From a virus: 64,000 nt of DNA. How positions within the stretch are numbered: position 1 is the first letter of the stretch; the number at the start of each line of letters is the position of its first letter. Below the pieces are notes generated by a model, which worked only from the letters and a program-made list of their open reading frames with translations, was not told the DNA's origin and ran no database searches. Below, piece after piece: positions 54,177 through 63,787 of the stretch. Location: the IMG/VR virus record IMGVR_UViG_3300047316_000726, positions 6,949 to 70,948 of that record, one strand, 5' to 3'. The translations under genes and the position numbers were made by a program.

Positions 54177-54744
54177 CGGCGTGCTCCTCTTCCGCGCGGG
54201 CCTTGTCGTAGTAGCGGACGGCATCCGCCAACGTCGGCGGAGACGGCGGGTCTTCGCCGAACAGTTCGGCGAGCTTCGTATCCACCGCATGCATGTAGCC
54301 ACGCGTCAGTGCCACGCCCGCTAGACGCTGCATCTGTTCCCGGCTCACCTGGCTGTTCGGCGGCAAGCCCAGGATGGACCGCCACTCATCGTCCAAACCG
54401 AGTACCTGTGCGACGTCCTCGCCGGTCAGTGTCTCGTCGGAGCGCACTGTCCATTCGGGGATGTCCACGACAGGCCATTCGCGGTTTGCGGCTTCAGCGG
54501 CTTCCTGGTCGCGCAGGTAGGCGCGGGCCTGGAACCAGTACTCGAACCCCTGCTCACGGCGTACCCGCTCCAGCCGGAGAAACCGGGCGGTGGCGCCAGC
54601 CGCCCACGCCAAGTCGACGAGCTCGGGCGGAAGCTTTCGGGAGTCGACCACCGTGAATCCCTGATAGCAGGGTGTCTTCGGCTCCCCGGCGTGGTAGGAG
54701 ACGACGCTGTTGACAGGCGGGTCAGGCTGACGGGGCTGAAGCAT
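54169..54744 (-). CDS. Hypothetical protein
   Basis: Operon packing. Confidence 0.55.
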   Translation of the reverse strand: MLQPRQPDPPVNSVVSYHAGEPKTPCYQGFTVVDSRKLPPELVDLAWAAGATARFLRLERVRREQGFEYWFQARAYLRDQEAAEAANREWPVVDIPEWTVRSDETLTGEDVAQVLGLDDEWRSILGLPPNSQVSREQMQRLAGVALTRGYMHAVDTKLAELFGEDPPSPPTLADAVRYYDKARAEEEHADG

Positions 54745-55039
54745 CGGCACCCGGCACCTCCTCGATGTCGGTGACGGTGAACTGGAGTTCGGCGCCGACC
54801 GCCAGGGCGTAGCGGGAGATGGAGGACAGCCACGGATCGCCGCCGGTCCGTTCGAAGTCGGACACCTGCGACCGCTTCCACCCGCACCGCTCGGCAACCT
54901 CCTTCCTCGACAAGCCCTTGCGGTGGCGTACCGCGACCAGGTCGTAGATCAGCTGGCCGTGCGCCTCGGCGAGCCGCTGGGCGTGCTGGTTGAGCGGATC
55001 GGTCATGTCGATGCCCAAGAGTTCGTTCAGGTCGGTCAC
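54722..55039 (-). CDS. XRE-family HTH regulator
   Basis: GLSRKEVAERCGWKRSQVSDFERTGGDPWLSSISRYALAVG. Confidence 0.85.
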   Translation of the reverse strand: MTDLNELLGIDMTDPLNQHAQRLAEAHGQLIYDLVAVRHRKGLSRKEVAERCGWKRSQVSDFERTGGDPWLSSISRYALAVGAELQFTVTDIEEVPGADASAPSA

Positions 55040-55392
55040 TTCAGGGCCTCCCGGATTGTCAATGCCAGCTGCACCAGGTGCCCGTCGGCCTCCGAGATGC
55101 GGTCGAACCAGTGGGTGGCCGCATCCCTGAACGCGGCCTCAAGGTGCTCGGCGATGGCCGGGTTCATCGCTGCGATCCACGCCTTGTCCGGCTTGTTCGG
55201 CGCCCAGTCGTCCGTGTCCGTCTTGAGCACGTTCGCCGGGTGCGCAGGTGTCCCGCCGAACTCCTGCTGGTGCACGAGCTCCACACAGCCCCAGCCGTCC
55301 TGCCAAACCCACGGGCCAAGCGTGGCGGCTGTGGCGGCAGCGTGGAGCAGGTCGGCGGTTTCCCGCAGGACCAGCCACGGCTGATCAGTCAT
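55036..55392 (-). CDS. Ead/Ea22-like hypothetical protein
   Basis: AT.GPW...D.AWIAAMNP motif. Confidence 0.55.
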   Translation of the reverse strand: MTDQPWLVLRETADLLHAAATAATLGPWVWQDGWGCVELVHQQEFGGTPAHPANVLKTDTDDWAPNKPDKAWIAAMNPAIAEHLEAAFRDAATHWFDRISEADGHLVQLALTIREALK

Positions 55393-55600
55393 GGTCGCCG
55401 CCGGTCAGTTCCAGGCCGAGCATGTCCAGCAACTGGCGGCAGTCGTCGGCGTCGAGTGAGTTGTCGGCGACCCGGAGAGCTGCTGTACGGGCCTCATCGG
55501 GCGAGTTCTTGATCATCGACTTCGGCTGGTTCACCGCCCACCTCGTCGCCGCGCACGGATAGAACGACGCCGACACGCTCTTGTCTCGTTGGTCAACCAC
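55385..55600 (-). CDS. Hypothetical protein
   Basis: Operon packing. Confidence 0.5.
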   Translation of the reverse strand: MVDQRDKSVSASFYPCAATRWAVNQPKSMIKNSPDEARTAALRVADNSLDADDCRQLLDMLGLELTGGDHD

Positions 55601-55928
55601 TGGCCACCTCCTCCGGTGTGAGCGCAACCCGTGCGGCCTGCACGGCAGCCTTCAACCGGGCCTTGACCGCCGCGCCGTTGGTGATGGTGCAGCCGCGTCT
55701 GACTTCACCGTCAGGGATGCACCTGTTCGCGGCCAGGCACGCCATGATCAGCTCCTGGATGACTGCGAGGTTCGGGTTCTCGGCCTCCATGCGCTTGCGG
55801 ACGGCGGACACCACTTCACCCATCGCCGCCAGGTCTTCCGGTGACGGCGGCATCGAGCCCCGGACGATGATGATCTCTTCCTGCCCGTCGACAGTGACAG
55901 GGACGGGACGGCATTCGTCAGCCACCAC
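55593..55928 (-). CDS. Hypothetical protein
   Basis: Operon packing. Confidence 0.55.
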   Translation of the reverse strand: MVADECRPVPVTVDGQEEIIIVRGSMPPSPEDLAAMGEVVSAVRKRMEAENPNLAVIQELIMACLAANRCIPDGEVRRGCTITNGAAVKARLKAAVQAARVALTPEEVASG

Positions 55929-56097
55929 CGGTCTCCTCTCTCGGTATCCAGATCTCCCACATGCCGCAGCCGCCGCAACGGGTCTGGATGTGCGTCCTGC
56001 CCATCTCCTGAGCCCAGTCGTGCCAGATGCCGTAGTCGCTCGGTGCCGGGGTGTGCTGCTCGACCTGAGGACACACCGGCACAGGCTGGCCGGTCAC
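55918..56097 (-). CDS. 59-aa Cys/His protein (absent from the ORF track)
   Basis: VCPQVEQHTPAPSDY..WHDWA..M..TH.QTRCGGCG.WEIW; GAAGG RBS. Confidence 0.55.
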   Translation of the reverse strand: MTGQPVPVCPQVEQHTPAPSDYGIWHDWAQEMGRTHIQTRCGGCGMWEIWIPREETGGG

Positions 56098-56339
56098 TGG
56101 GGTCTGCCTTCCAGGACAGGGATGCCGGGCTCGTTCGCGATGCGCTCGATCTCCAGCGCGAGCCCTTCGAAGTGCGACCGGCGTGCGGGCGATAGCAACG
56201 AGGCGTGATCAGCCACCAGCACGCGGAGAACGGCGACCGCGGCATCCCGCGCGCCCTGCCTGGCGTAGTCATCGGCCGGGGTGGTGGGGATGAGCGCAAG
56301 GGTCGCGGCTTGAACGAGCCGCTCAGCAAGGTCAGCCAT
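56094..56339 (-). CDS. Hypothetical protein
   Basis: GGGAG RBS. Confidence 0.55.
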   Translation of the reverse strand: MADLAERLVQAATLALIPTTPADDYARQGARDAAVAVLRVLVADHASLLSPARRSHFEGLALEIERIANEPGIPVLEGRPQ

Positions 56340-56979
56340 CGCCAACTCCCGCCAGCTTGGCGAGCCGCCGATACTTCTCGACCGTGGAGTGCCCGTCCCA
56401 CCGTGCACGAGGATCATCCGCGGCCACCTGCTCGACATGGCCGAACAGGTCCACGTCCTCAGGGGACAGATGCCACGAGCACTGGCCCTGCGGGGTATTG
56501 ACGTACACCACAGGCCACTCCGGCTCCGCAGGGTCGCTGTAGGCCCACACCGACGGGAACAAGGACGCCAGGACGGCGACAAGCCGAGCACGTTCCCGGT
56601 ACACCACGCGCTCCTGCTGCTGCGCGTCGTGCAACTCTTTCGCCAGTTGCCGCCAACGTGGCGACTCGAACGCGACCAAGGCTGCGATTGCAGCGATGGT
56701 CTGCCGTTCGCCGCCGGACAGGTGGATCTGTCGCTGCCCTCGCCCGATCATCTCGACTGTGTTCGGCCCGAGGCTGATCTTGAACTCGCGTAGTGCCTCA
56801 GCGGCAGCGTCCACCACATCGAGCGGGGCGTTCGGTGCGGGCGGCCGCCACCCGGCGACGATCAGTGCGTCCACGACCCTCGTCGCGTTCTGACGGGCAT
56901 TCCCAACCTGCTCACCCCACAGAGCCGTAGTGCCGGTGCGTACGCCCGCGTCCCTGGAGGATTCCTGTTGCTCAGGCAT
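56332..56979 (-). CDS. Phage protein with C-terminal WDGH-motif domain
   Basis: WPVVYVNTPQGQCSWH...WDGHSTVEKYRRL. Confidence 0.65.
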   Translation of the reverse strand: MPEQQESSRDAGVRTGTTALWGEQVGNARQNATRVVDALIVAGWRPPAPNAPLDVVDAAAEALREFKISLGPNTVEMIGRGQRQIHLSGGERQTIAAIAALVAFESPRWRQLAKELHDAQQQERVVYRERARLVAVLASLFPSVWAYSDPAEPEWPVVYVNTPQGQCSWHLSPEDVDLFGHVEQVAADDPRARWDGHSTVEKYRRLAKLAGVGDG

Positions 56980-57571
56980 CTCGGTCCCCGTCCTGGCTGT
57001 CCAGGATCAACCGCACCTGCTCGACAGCGGTCGGGCTGTCCAAGATCCCCAACGACACCGGATCGGTTGCGCCACCCAGTGCTGCCAGGACCGCGCCGAA
57101 CGCGTCGATGACGTACCCGAATTCCGCAGTCCCTCCACCCGTCACGTACTCCTGGTGATGGCACGCCACCACCGCGGCGATCCTGCGGCGCTTCTCGGAT
57201 TCCTGGTACGCGGCGGGCAGGTTCCCGCCTGCGTCCTCCAGGACCCGCGACGCGTTCGGGCCGCCCTCAGACGGCGGTGTGGACGGGGCAGGCAGTGTGT
57301 GTTCGAAGCCGACCAGGGCGGCCAGCCAGAACTCGTTCCGGTAGTCGGCGCCCGCGAGTTGGTCTTGGCGGCCGACCTGGTACACCAGCGCGAGGTGACC
57401 GTGCAGGCTGTCGAGCGCCTCGACGGCCTCGACGAGGTGTTTGGCGTTGTCGGTGTCGCGCATGAATCCGATGATCTTGCCGCGCGGTGCGTTGTCCTTG
57501 TGCGAGTAGAGAGTCAGCCCCTCGGAGGCTTCTGACGTGCCGGTGTGCCACGGGCGCGGACTGGTCGTCAT
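56972..57571 (-). CDS. Hypothetical protein
   Basis: Operon packing. Confidence 0.55.
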   Translation of the reverse strand: MTTSPRPWHTGTSEASEGLTLYSHKDNAPRGKIIGFMRDTDNAKHLVEAVEALDSLHGHLALVYQVGRQDQLAGADYRNEFWLAALVGFEHTLPAPSTPPSEGGPNASRVLEDAGGNLPAAYQESEKRRRIAAVVACHHQEYVTGGGTAEFGYVIDAFGAVLAALGGATDPVSLGILDSPTAVEQVRLILDSQDGDRDA

Positions 57572-57611
57572 GCTGGGTATCCCGTCGTGGTGGTGTCGTT
57601 GAGGATCCGGA

Positions 57612-57830
57612 TCACCGTCGTCCTCTCTTCGTGGTGGCACCCGAACCGTGCGGTCCGGTGCCAGAGCAGCCTGGGCAGTAGTCCTTGCCGCCCGTGTGAC
57701 TCAGCCAGCCGAGCTGGCCAGCGGCCGACCGGGCGGTCTCGACGTCGGCGGCTTTGAAGCTGGTCCGGCGGGCACACATCGAATGCGCGTCGTGGGCTCG
57801 ATCGCACTCGAGGGTGATCAAGGCGGTCAT
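57612..57830 (-). CDS. Small zinc-finger protein
   Basis: LECD...C...GW...DYCPGC. Confidence 0.6.
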   Translation of the reverse strand: MTALITLECDRAHDAHSMCARRTSFKAADVETARSAAGQLGWLSHTGGKDYCPGCSGTGPHGSGATTKRGRR

Positions 57831-58042
57831 TGGCGTGCCCGTCCTTTCTTCTCAGCCAGCAGCGCAGGAGACATCTCGACCAGCACCCCCGCCTTGTCCT
57901 CGATCTCGCTGGCCGACTGCGGTGCAGGGATCCGGGACGGGTCCTCCGGGGCCAGGCGGCGACGTAGGCGGCCGTCGGGGATTTCGTCGTACTCGACACC
58001 CTTGCCGTCCCGGAAACGGCGCATGCGGCGAACCTCAGGCAT
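57827..58042 (-). CDS. Hypothetical protein
   Basis: GGAGG RBS. Confidence 0.55.
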   Translation of the reverse strand: MPEVRRMRRFRDGKGVEYDEIPDGRLRRRLAPEDPSRIPAPQSASEIEDKAGVLVEMSPALLAEKKGRARQ

Positions 58043-58472
58043 CGGGTACCTCCGATGCGGCTCGTGCCGCGGCCCTGTCCAACTCGACTGCCTTCGCCGC
58101 AGCAGCCCGCGCGCTAGCTCCGACCCCGGCCTTGTAGCCCTCCCGCCAGGCCTGGTTCCGACTCGCCAAACCCTCCACACCCGGCCGGAGCGTGGCGGCG
58201 AACTCCCGCAGGCCATCTCCCGGCAGGCGCCCACCGTCGCCACCGGCGCCGAGCAGTCCGTGCTCATACGCCCACGCCACCGCCTGGATCCGGCCAGCAG
58301 CACCAGTCGCCTGGTAGATCCGTCTCGCATGAGACCTGACCGTGTACTGAGACAGACCGAGGACCACGGCGATCTTCTCGTCGTTGAGTCCCTGTGCGAT
58401 CTGGACCAGCACCCTCAACTCTGGTGGGGACAGCGGTGTCCCCAACCGCTTACGACTGGCCACGGCTGCCAC
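58035..58472 (-). CDS. LuxR/NarL-type HTH regulator without receiver domain
   Basis: LSPPELRVLVQIAQGLNDEKIAVVLGLSQYTVRSHARRIY...RIQAVAWAYEHGLL. Confidence 0.85.
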   Translation of the reverse strand: MAAVASRKRLGTPLSPPELRVLVQIAQGLNDEKIAVVLGLSQYTVRSHARRIYQATGAAGRIQAVAWAYEHGLLGAGGDGGRLPGDGLREFAATLRPGVEGLASRNQAWREGYKAGVGASARAAAAKAVELDRAAARAASEVPDA

Positions 58473-58683
58473 CTGCCTCGCAGTCGTCGCCGGGTTGCTG
58501 TGCGTCCTCGTGCTCGCGGTACCAGTCGCAGGCCTCTGCCATCGCCATCACGTGAGCACCGGAGCGGCGCGGTGCCCGCTTGATTGCCTGCTGCAAGTGG
58601 AGTGGGAGTCGTGCCCAGCAGCCACCGCAGGCGAAGAACTGGTGGGGCACCATGCGCTCACACTTGCCGGGGCAACGATGCAT
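58450..58683 (-). CDS. Small Cys-rich protein
   Basis: HRCPGKC...FAC..CW..LP motif. Confidence 0.55.
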   Translation of the reverse strand: MHRCPGKCERMVPHQFFACGGCWARLPLHLQQAIKRAPRRSGAHVMAMAEACDWYREHEDAQQPGDDCEAGGSRGQS

Positions 58684-58693
58684 GCGGGTTCGG

Positions 58694-59209
58694 CTAGCCA
58701 CGATCCCTGCCTTCCTGTTGTTGCAGGCTCTGTCGAGCCCGCGCCAGCAACCGCCCCACGGCCGATGGTCCGATAGCGAGCAGGCGACCTACCTCGCACC
58801 TGTCCAAATCCCACACAGTGCTCAGCAGGACGACTTGGCGCTGGCGTCTCGGCAGTGCCCGTGTGATCTCCATCAGGTCATCGACACCGAGGCGTTCGCG
58901 GGCGTCATCCTCGGCGGAGGGGCTGACGTTCCTGGCGTCGGCGGTGGCGCGCAGAGCTGCCACGGTGTCCAGCGCACGGCGAACAGCACGCCGTGCGTCA
59001 ACGATTTTGTGGCTTGCGATGCCGAACGCGTAGCCCAACTGTGTGCCAGTGACGGGCCCGTTGGCCTGTGTGAGAGCCAGCAGCACGTCTTGCGCGATGT
59101 CCTCCGCTGAGATCCCGTCCGCGCACTGCCACCGGCGAGTGCAGTAGGCCAGGATCTGCCGATAGATGTCCCCGGTGCGCTCACGGGTTTCGACGCACTG
59201 CACGCTCAC
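58694..59209 (-). CDS. ECF (group 4) sigma-70 factor
   Basis: Region 2 SAEDIAQDVLLAL...YAFGIASHKIVDARR; region 4 LPRRQRQVVLL...EVGRLLAIGPSAVGRLLARAR. Confidence 0.8.
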   Translation of the reverse strand: MSVQCVETRERTGDIYRQILAYCTRRWQCADGISAEDIAQDVLLALTQANGPVTGTQLGYAFGIASHKIVDARRAVRRALDTVAALRATADARNVSPSAEDDARERLGVDDLMEITRALPRRQRQVVLLSTVWDLDRCEVGRLLAIGPSAVGRLLARARQSLQQQEGRDRG

Positions 59210-60453
59210 CTCTGGCTCTTCCCGTCTGAGGAAGGGCTGCCGGTCTGGACCGCGCGTTCGTTGTCCATCTCGTCCTGCCACGGCTGCCCGTACTGCACGT
59301 ACGTCGACTCGTCCTCGTCCTCTGTGCTGTCCCCGCCAGAAGAGAGCGGTGTCCACGGGTCGACAGACGGGGCCGACCAGCCTTCGAGGACGCCCATTGC
59401 CGCGCCAGCAGCACCACGCGCAATGTCCTCCGTGGACATCCCGCGCACATTCTCGGTGTCGAGCCAGGATTCGATGCCCAGTCGCAGTCCCTCCTCCGCG
59501 TCGGCGGGGATGGCCGGTGCCTGCTCCAAGTTTTGGAGCAGCTTGGAGCTGGCTTGGAGATCGTCGGCCAGCTCCGTGTCGTCTTCGGTACCGACTCGTT
59601 TGCCCTGCCACATCTCGACCAGACGGCAGATCCGGGTCCACTTCCCTGCGTCCTCGACGGTGAACAGCCAGCCGACCTGCTGCCGCCAGTTCTCGGGCAG
59701 CACCACCGCGTCGGCAGGGATGGCCGGGCGAGACGCCCCCAGCAACTCGCGCCGCAGCCGCTCGCCTTCCACCAGGAGTTCGCCGCGGTGCCTGTGCGCC
59801 TCGTCCCGCTGGCGGGTGAGCCGGTCGGCTTCGCCAGCGAGGCGCGTGTTCTCGGCGGCAAGGTGGTGGTCGTCCACCAGCGGCATCACGCCGTCAGCCA
59901 GCGCCAGGTAGTAGTCCATCTCGGACTCCCATGTGCGCGGCAGGCTGTGGTCGTGGAGGCGGAGAGCCTCGGCGATGCGCGGGCGGAGGTCGCCGTCCAC
60001 AGTGGGCGCGGCCGGGGCCTGGAGCAGGTAGCCGGCAGCCCCAAACGCATCTGGGTCGGGCTCGGGCATCGGAGCACCGTCCACCGCCGGAGCGGCAGCG
60101 GCGCGCTGACCGAGCTCGTAGCCGTACACCACGGCCAGATCCACCGGCAGCTTCGGCTTCGGATGACCGAGTACGAGAGCCACCTCGGCGAGCGGCTGGA
60201 TCGGCCAGCCCGCGACGTGGTCCGAGTGGACCGGATCAGAGCCCAGATGATCGTTGGCGACACCCGTCAGGCGCTGCCACCTGCAACCCTCGTACGGGCC
60301 GCAGTAGTCCGAGGCGTCCACGGCGATCCTGCGGCGCGCATCCGGGCTCTTGGGGTTGTCGTGGAAGTGGATGCGCACCGTGCCGATCGGATCCTCGGCG
60401 GCGGTGGTGGCCGGTATGGCAGCCGGTATGAGATCGGGGCGTTCGTCGGTCAT
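59206..60453 (-). CDS. Mosaic multi-segment phage early protein
   Basis: 415 aa, repeated PAIPADA linkers, coiled coil. Confidence 0.65.
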   Translation of the reverse strand: MTDERPDLIPAAIPATTAAEDPIGTVRIHFHDNPKSPDARRRIAVDASDYCGPYEGCRWQRLTGVANDHLGSDPVHSDHVAGWPIQPLAEVALVLGHPKPKLPVDLAVVYGYELGQRAAAAPAVDGAPMPEPDPDAFGAAGYLLQAPAAPTVDGDLRPRIAEALRLHDHSLPRTWESEMDYYLALADGVMPLVDDHHLAAENTRLAGEADRLTRQRDEAHRHRGELLVEGERLRRELLGASRPAIPADAVVLPENWRQQVGWLFTVEDAGKWTRICRLVEMWQGKRVGTEDDTELADDLQASSKLLQNLEQAPAIPADAEEGLRLGIESWLDTENVRGMSTEDIARGAAGAAMGVLEGWSAPSVDPWTPLSSGGDSTEDEDESTYVQYGQPWQDEMDNERAVQTGSPSSDGKSQR

Positions 60454-60767
60454 CAGTAGCTTGCCTCCAGCATCAGCACTGGGATCGCGTTAGGTGCGGT
60501 CGGCTCGCACTTCAACCCGAGCCAGCCGAGTGACTCCTCCAGGCAAGGCGGTAGTCCGAAGTGTTTGCAGTCCTCGTGGAACACATAGCCCTCGTCGTCC
60601 TTCTCGTGCAGGCACTTCTCGCCGCAGCCGCAGTTGTCGATGACCTGCCACCACTCAGGTTTGTATGAGACGACGTCCTTCATGCGGGCCTTGCAGATCT
60701 CGCGGACGTAGCGACGAACGGCGGCGATCGCGCGGCGTTCGTCGTGGGTGAACGCGGCGATGCCCAT
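60453..60767 (-). CDS. Cys-rich hypothetical protein
   Basis: TGATG coupling. Confidence 0.55.
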   Translation of the reverse strand: MGIAAFTHDERRAIAAVRRYVREICKARMKDVVSYKPEWWQVIDNCGCGEKCLHEKDDEGYVFHEDCKHFGLPPCLEESLGWLGLKCEPTAPNAIPVLMLEASY

Positions 60768-60949
60768 GTCATGACCGCCGCGATGCCGCAGATGGCTGCG
60801 ACGCCGATTCCGCCTGCGCGGAGTTCGGAGTCGTCGCGTCGGCGGTGTGCCACGATCGCTGCGAATACGGCGATGGCGGCGAGGACGGCGGCGACGAAGA
60901 GCCAGAACACGTGAGTTGCTCCTTGCTGTGGGGCGGGAAGTTGTTGGGG

Positions 60950-61183
60950 CTACATCCAGTTGGGGGCGACGTAGGCGGTGAGTGCGGCGACGAGGAGGAG
61001 CAGGGCGATTCCGATCGCGCCGTACGCGAGCTGTCGTCGGCCGACGAGGACAAGCCACACGGCCCGAACGAGCCGGTTCCGGCGTTTCGCGCGGGGCTCG
61101 GGGAGTTTCTGCTCGCTGAGGTCGGCCAACTCGGGATCGTTGGTGATGCGCCTGAACGCGGCATCGATGTCCGGATCGCTCAC
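60950..61183 (-). CDS. Small TM protein
   Basis: C-terminal hydrophobic helix. Confidence 0.55.
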   Translation of the reverse strand: MSDPDIDAAFRRITNDPELADLSEQKLPEPRAKRRNRLVRAVWLVLVGRRQLAYGAIGIALLLLVAALTAYVAPNWM

Positions 61184-61584
61184 CCCGCGACCTCGGAAGC
61201 CTGCTCGGCGGCGTCCGCCTTCTCGATGGGGAACTGGGCGACCGCGGCGTGATCCGGGGTGTGCCGGCCTGCCTGCTCCCGGTCTGCGAGGAACGCGGTC
61301 ATCGTGGCGTTGTGATCCCGCAGCAGGGTGTCGAGCTGTGTGATGACCTGGGCGAGGTTCGCGATGCCGTAGCTGGTGGCGAGCTGGGCGGCGACCAGGA
61401 CATCGCTGGTGATCGCGAACGGGTTGTCGGCGGAGATGGCACGGAATCCGGCGGCGGCGTAGTCGGTCCACTCGATTTGGGCTGCGCGGTAGTCGGGGCT
61501 GCCGACCGCGGCTTCGGCGACTTCGCCGTCGACGTGATCGGTGTCCTGGTCGACGCGGTGCTCGGCGTGCTCGGTGGTGGTCAT
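61180..61584 (-). CDS. Hypothetical protein
   Basis: AGGAG RBS. Confidence 0.6.
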   Translation of the reverse strand: MTTTEHAEHRVDQDTDHVDGEVAEAAVGSPDYRAAQIEWTDYAAAGFRAISADNPFAITSDVLVAAQLATSYGIANLAQVITQLDTLLRDHNATMTAFLADREQAGRHTPDHAAVAQFPIEKADAAEQASEVAG

Positions 61585-62114
61585 CAGGTGGTGCTCCTGT
61601 CGTCCTGGTCGGTGGTGTAGCAGCGGAGGAGGTACACGGCCGCGGCCAGCGGCGTGATGGCGGCGAGTGCGAGATGGGGCCACTCATGGCCGTCCTGAAA
61701 GTCCAAGACCTCCTGGACGGACACACCGATGGCCAGCAGGAGAAACAGGGCGTCGCCGGGCGCGAACTTCGGCTCAGGGCAGGTCAACAGGCGGGCCCCG
61801 TACAGGATGAACGCGGTACCGAACGCGACCTCGGTCACCAGGTGAGGCAACGAAAACGAGTCAGCGAACGCCACTTCCCAGGCTTCTTCGCAGATCCCGA
61901 GGAACAAGGCCACGGCGCACACGACGGCGACGGTGCGGAACCACCACCGGCCGCTTGCCGCGTCAGCGATGGGTGCCAGCACGCGGTACACGGCGGCGTC
62001 CGCTCGTTCGACGGGCAGGTCCCGGAGGTGGTGCGGGACCACGCGGTGACGGCCGCTGTCGGTCACTGCCGGTCGGGGTGAGTCCGCGGGCTTACGCGGG
62101 ATGGCGAGCGTCAC
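61584..62114 (-). CDS. Multi-TM membrane protein
   Basis: Four hydrophobic segments; AGGGAG RBS. Confidence 0.65.
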   Translation of the reverse strand: MTLAIPRKPADSPRPAVTDSGRHRVVPHHLRDLPVERADAAVYRVLAPIADAASGRWWFRTVAVVCAVALFLGICEEAWEVAFADSFSLPHLVTEVAFGTAFILYGARLLTCPEPKFAPGDALFLLLAIGVSVQEVLDFQDGHEWPHLALAAITPLAAAVYLLRCYTTDQDDRSTT

Positions 62115-62217
62115 GACACGGCTCCCTGTGCAGTGGTCGGGGCGGGCAGAGGCGGGATCCGGAATTCCCAGCACAGTCCCGGATCGATCACGCAGTCTTC
62201 GTCCTGGCAGGCGCCCA

Positions 62218-62640
62218 TCAGCCGGCCACCGCGCGCGGCGAGAGCAGCACGTACTCGCGGGTCGTGGCGGACCGGCGCAACTCGGCGAGCGTCAGCGGTG
62301 CCAAGTCATCGATGCCCTCGAACATGTACTCGCCGGTGCCAATGTGCCTCCACTGGCCGCGGTCGCCGAGGATCACAAGGTCCGGCCACTGTGGAGCGGC
62401 GGGTTGCTGGGCTTCGAGGACGGCGAGTTGCACGAGTGCCGATGCGGCCTGCGCCATCACGGTGAGCAGGTAGTCGGGGATGTCGAGAGGGTCTTCCAGG
62501 CTGTCCATCACAACTTCGCCCAGGTCCGCAAGTCGGTACAGGAGCCGCTCGGCGCGGGCCCTGTTGTTCTCGTCGGACAACGGCTCGTCCGAGCCGCTGT
62601 GATCGTCTGTGGTGGGCTGTGTGGTGTCGTCGGCGGTCAA
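62218..62640 (-). CDS. Hypothetical protein (start uncertain, TTG)
   Basis: Protein-like ORF, GGGAG upstream of TTG. Confidence 0.5.
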   Translation of the reverse strand: MTADDTTQPTTDDHSGSDEPLSDENNRARAERLLYRLADLGEVVMDSLEDPLDIPDYLLTVMAQAASALVQLAVLEAQQPAAPQWPDLVILGDRGQWRHIGTGEYMFEGIDDLAPLTLAELRRSATTREYVLLSPRAVAG

Positions 62641-62707
62641 CGGGTGTCTCCCGAGTGATTGAGGGCGCACAGAGGCGCTGAGGACTGGGAATCGGGCGCG
62701 TGGGTTG

Positions 62708-63787
62708 TCATCCGGCGTCCCGCACGATGCGGAGGTGGTCGCGCTTCTTGAGGGGGCGCAGGGCTTCCGTGGCGGACTCGAAGGCCGTCAGGTCGTGGAC
62801 GTCCGTCGGTGGTTTCGTGACGGCGTCCTGGACGTCGCGGGTGACGCCCTTGGCGTCGAGTGCACGGCTGATGCCTCGGATGCAGGCGGCGTTGGCGAGG
62901 CTGGGCTCGTCGAGTGCGATGCGCCAGCGTCGGCCGAGTTCGTTCAGGAGTGCGGGGACGCCCCACATCGACCAGTCGGTGGTTTGCTGCCGGTGCCTTG
63001 CGGGCGCGGGCTCGTGTGCGTACACGCGCTCGTGTGTGCGCGATGGGCAACTCTCAAGATCACCTTGAGTGGTAGAAAAAACATCTACGTAGGCCGCCCC
63101 AGTTTTCGTTTCGCGGGGGGTCTGGGGGCGCGCGAATGCGCCCCCAGGTTCATGGGTGGTTCCCTGGGTAGTTCCTAGAAGACAGTGCAGGTCCCCTGTC
63201 CGGGATTCTGAGTCCCGGATGTCCGGGCTGTTGAGTCCCGGACACCGGGACTCAGAATCCCGGACGTCGACCCCCGTGAGGCCCCCGTCAGTGCCCTCCA
63301 CTGCGATGGTTGTCCGGGATTCTGCGTCCCGGACAACCAGCATCTGCGGCAACTCATGTCCGGGATTCTGCGTCCCGGACAAGGCGGCCCCAGGCGCGGT
63401 CGCCTTGCCCTTCGCCCGGTACACCCGGCGGTACTCCCGCTCGGCCCTACGCCGCGCGGCGTCCTTCGCCGACAGCTCCTTCTTGTCCTCCATCTCCGGG
63501 CGCTTCAGCGAGATGGCCAACTTCCACTGCGTGTGGCCACTCACCTCGCCGTCCTCGGCAATCAGGCCGCCGTCCTGGAGCCGTTTCAGCGCCCGCTTGA
63601 TGACCCGCGTGTCGAAGCCAGTGGCATACCGGATGCGCTGGATCGAGGGATACGAACCGCTGCCGTCCTTGTGGGCGGCCTCGGCGAGCACGACCAATAC
63701 GTGCCGGGACGTGCTGTCCGGCAGGCCCTTGTCGGTCAGGAGCATCGGCGCGTCGAACAGTGCCCACTTCACGACGTCACTCTTCAC
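62708..63787 (-). CDS. Replication initiator/replisome organizer with N-terminal wHTH
   Basis: VLVVLAEAAHKDG..SYPSIQRI...TG...RVIKRALKRL...GLI (HTH_36-like); internal repeats typical of ori-containing initiators. Confidence 0.8.
   Translation of the reverse strand: MKSDVVKWALFDAPMLLTDKGLPDSTSRHVLVVLAEAAHKDGSGSYPSIQRIRYATGFDTRVIKRALKRLQDGGLIAEDGEVSGHTQWKLAISLKRPEMEDKKELSAKDAARRRAEREYRRVYRAKGKATAPGAALSGTQNPGHELPQMLVVRDAESRTTIAVEGTDGGLTGVDVRDSESRCPGLNSPDIRDSESRTGDLHCLLGTTQGTTHEPGGAFARPQTPRETKTGAAYVDVFSTTQGDLESCPSRTHERVYAHEPAPARHRQQTTDWSMWGVPALLNELGRRWRIALDEPSLANAACIRGISRALDAKGVTRDVQDAVTKPPTDVHDLTAFESATEALRPLKKRDHLRIVRDAG
63197..63381. repeat. Putative origin: five palindromic iterons inside the initiator gene
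   Basis: TGTCCGGGA-N7-TCCCGGA(CA) at 63197, 63220 (variant), 63245 (inverted), 63311, 63357. Confidence 0.75.
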
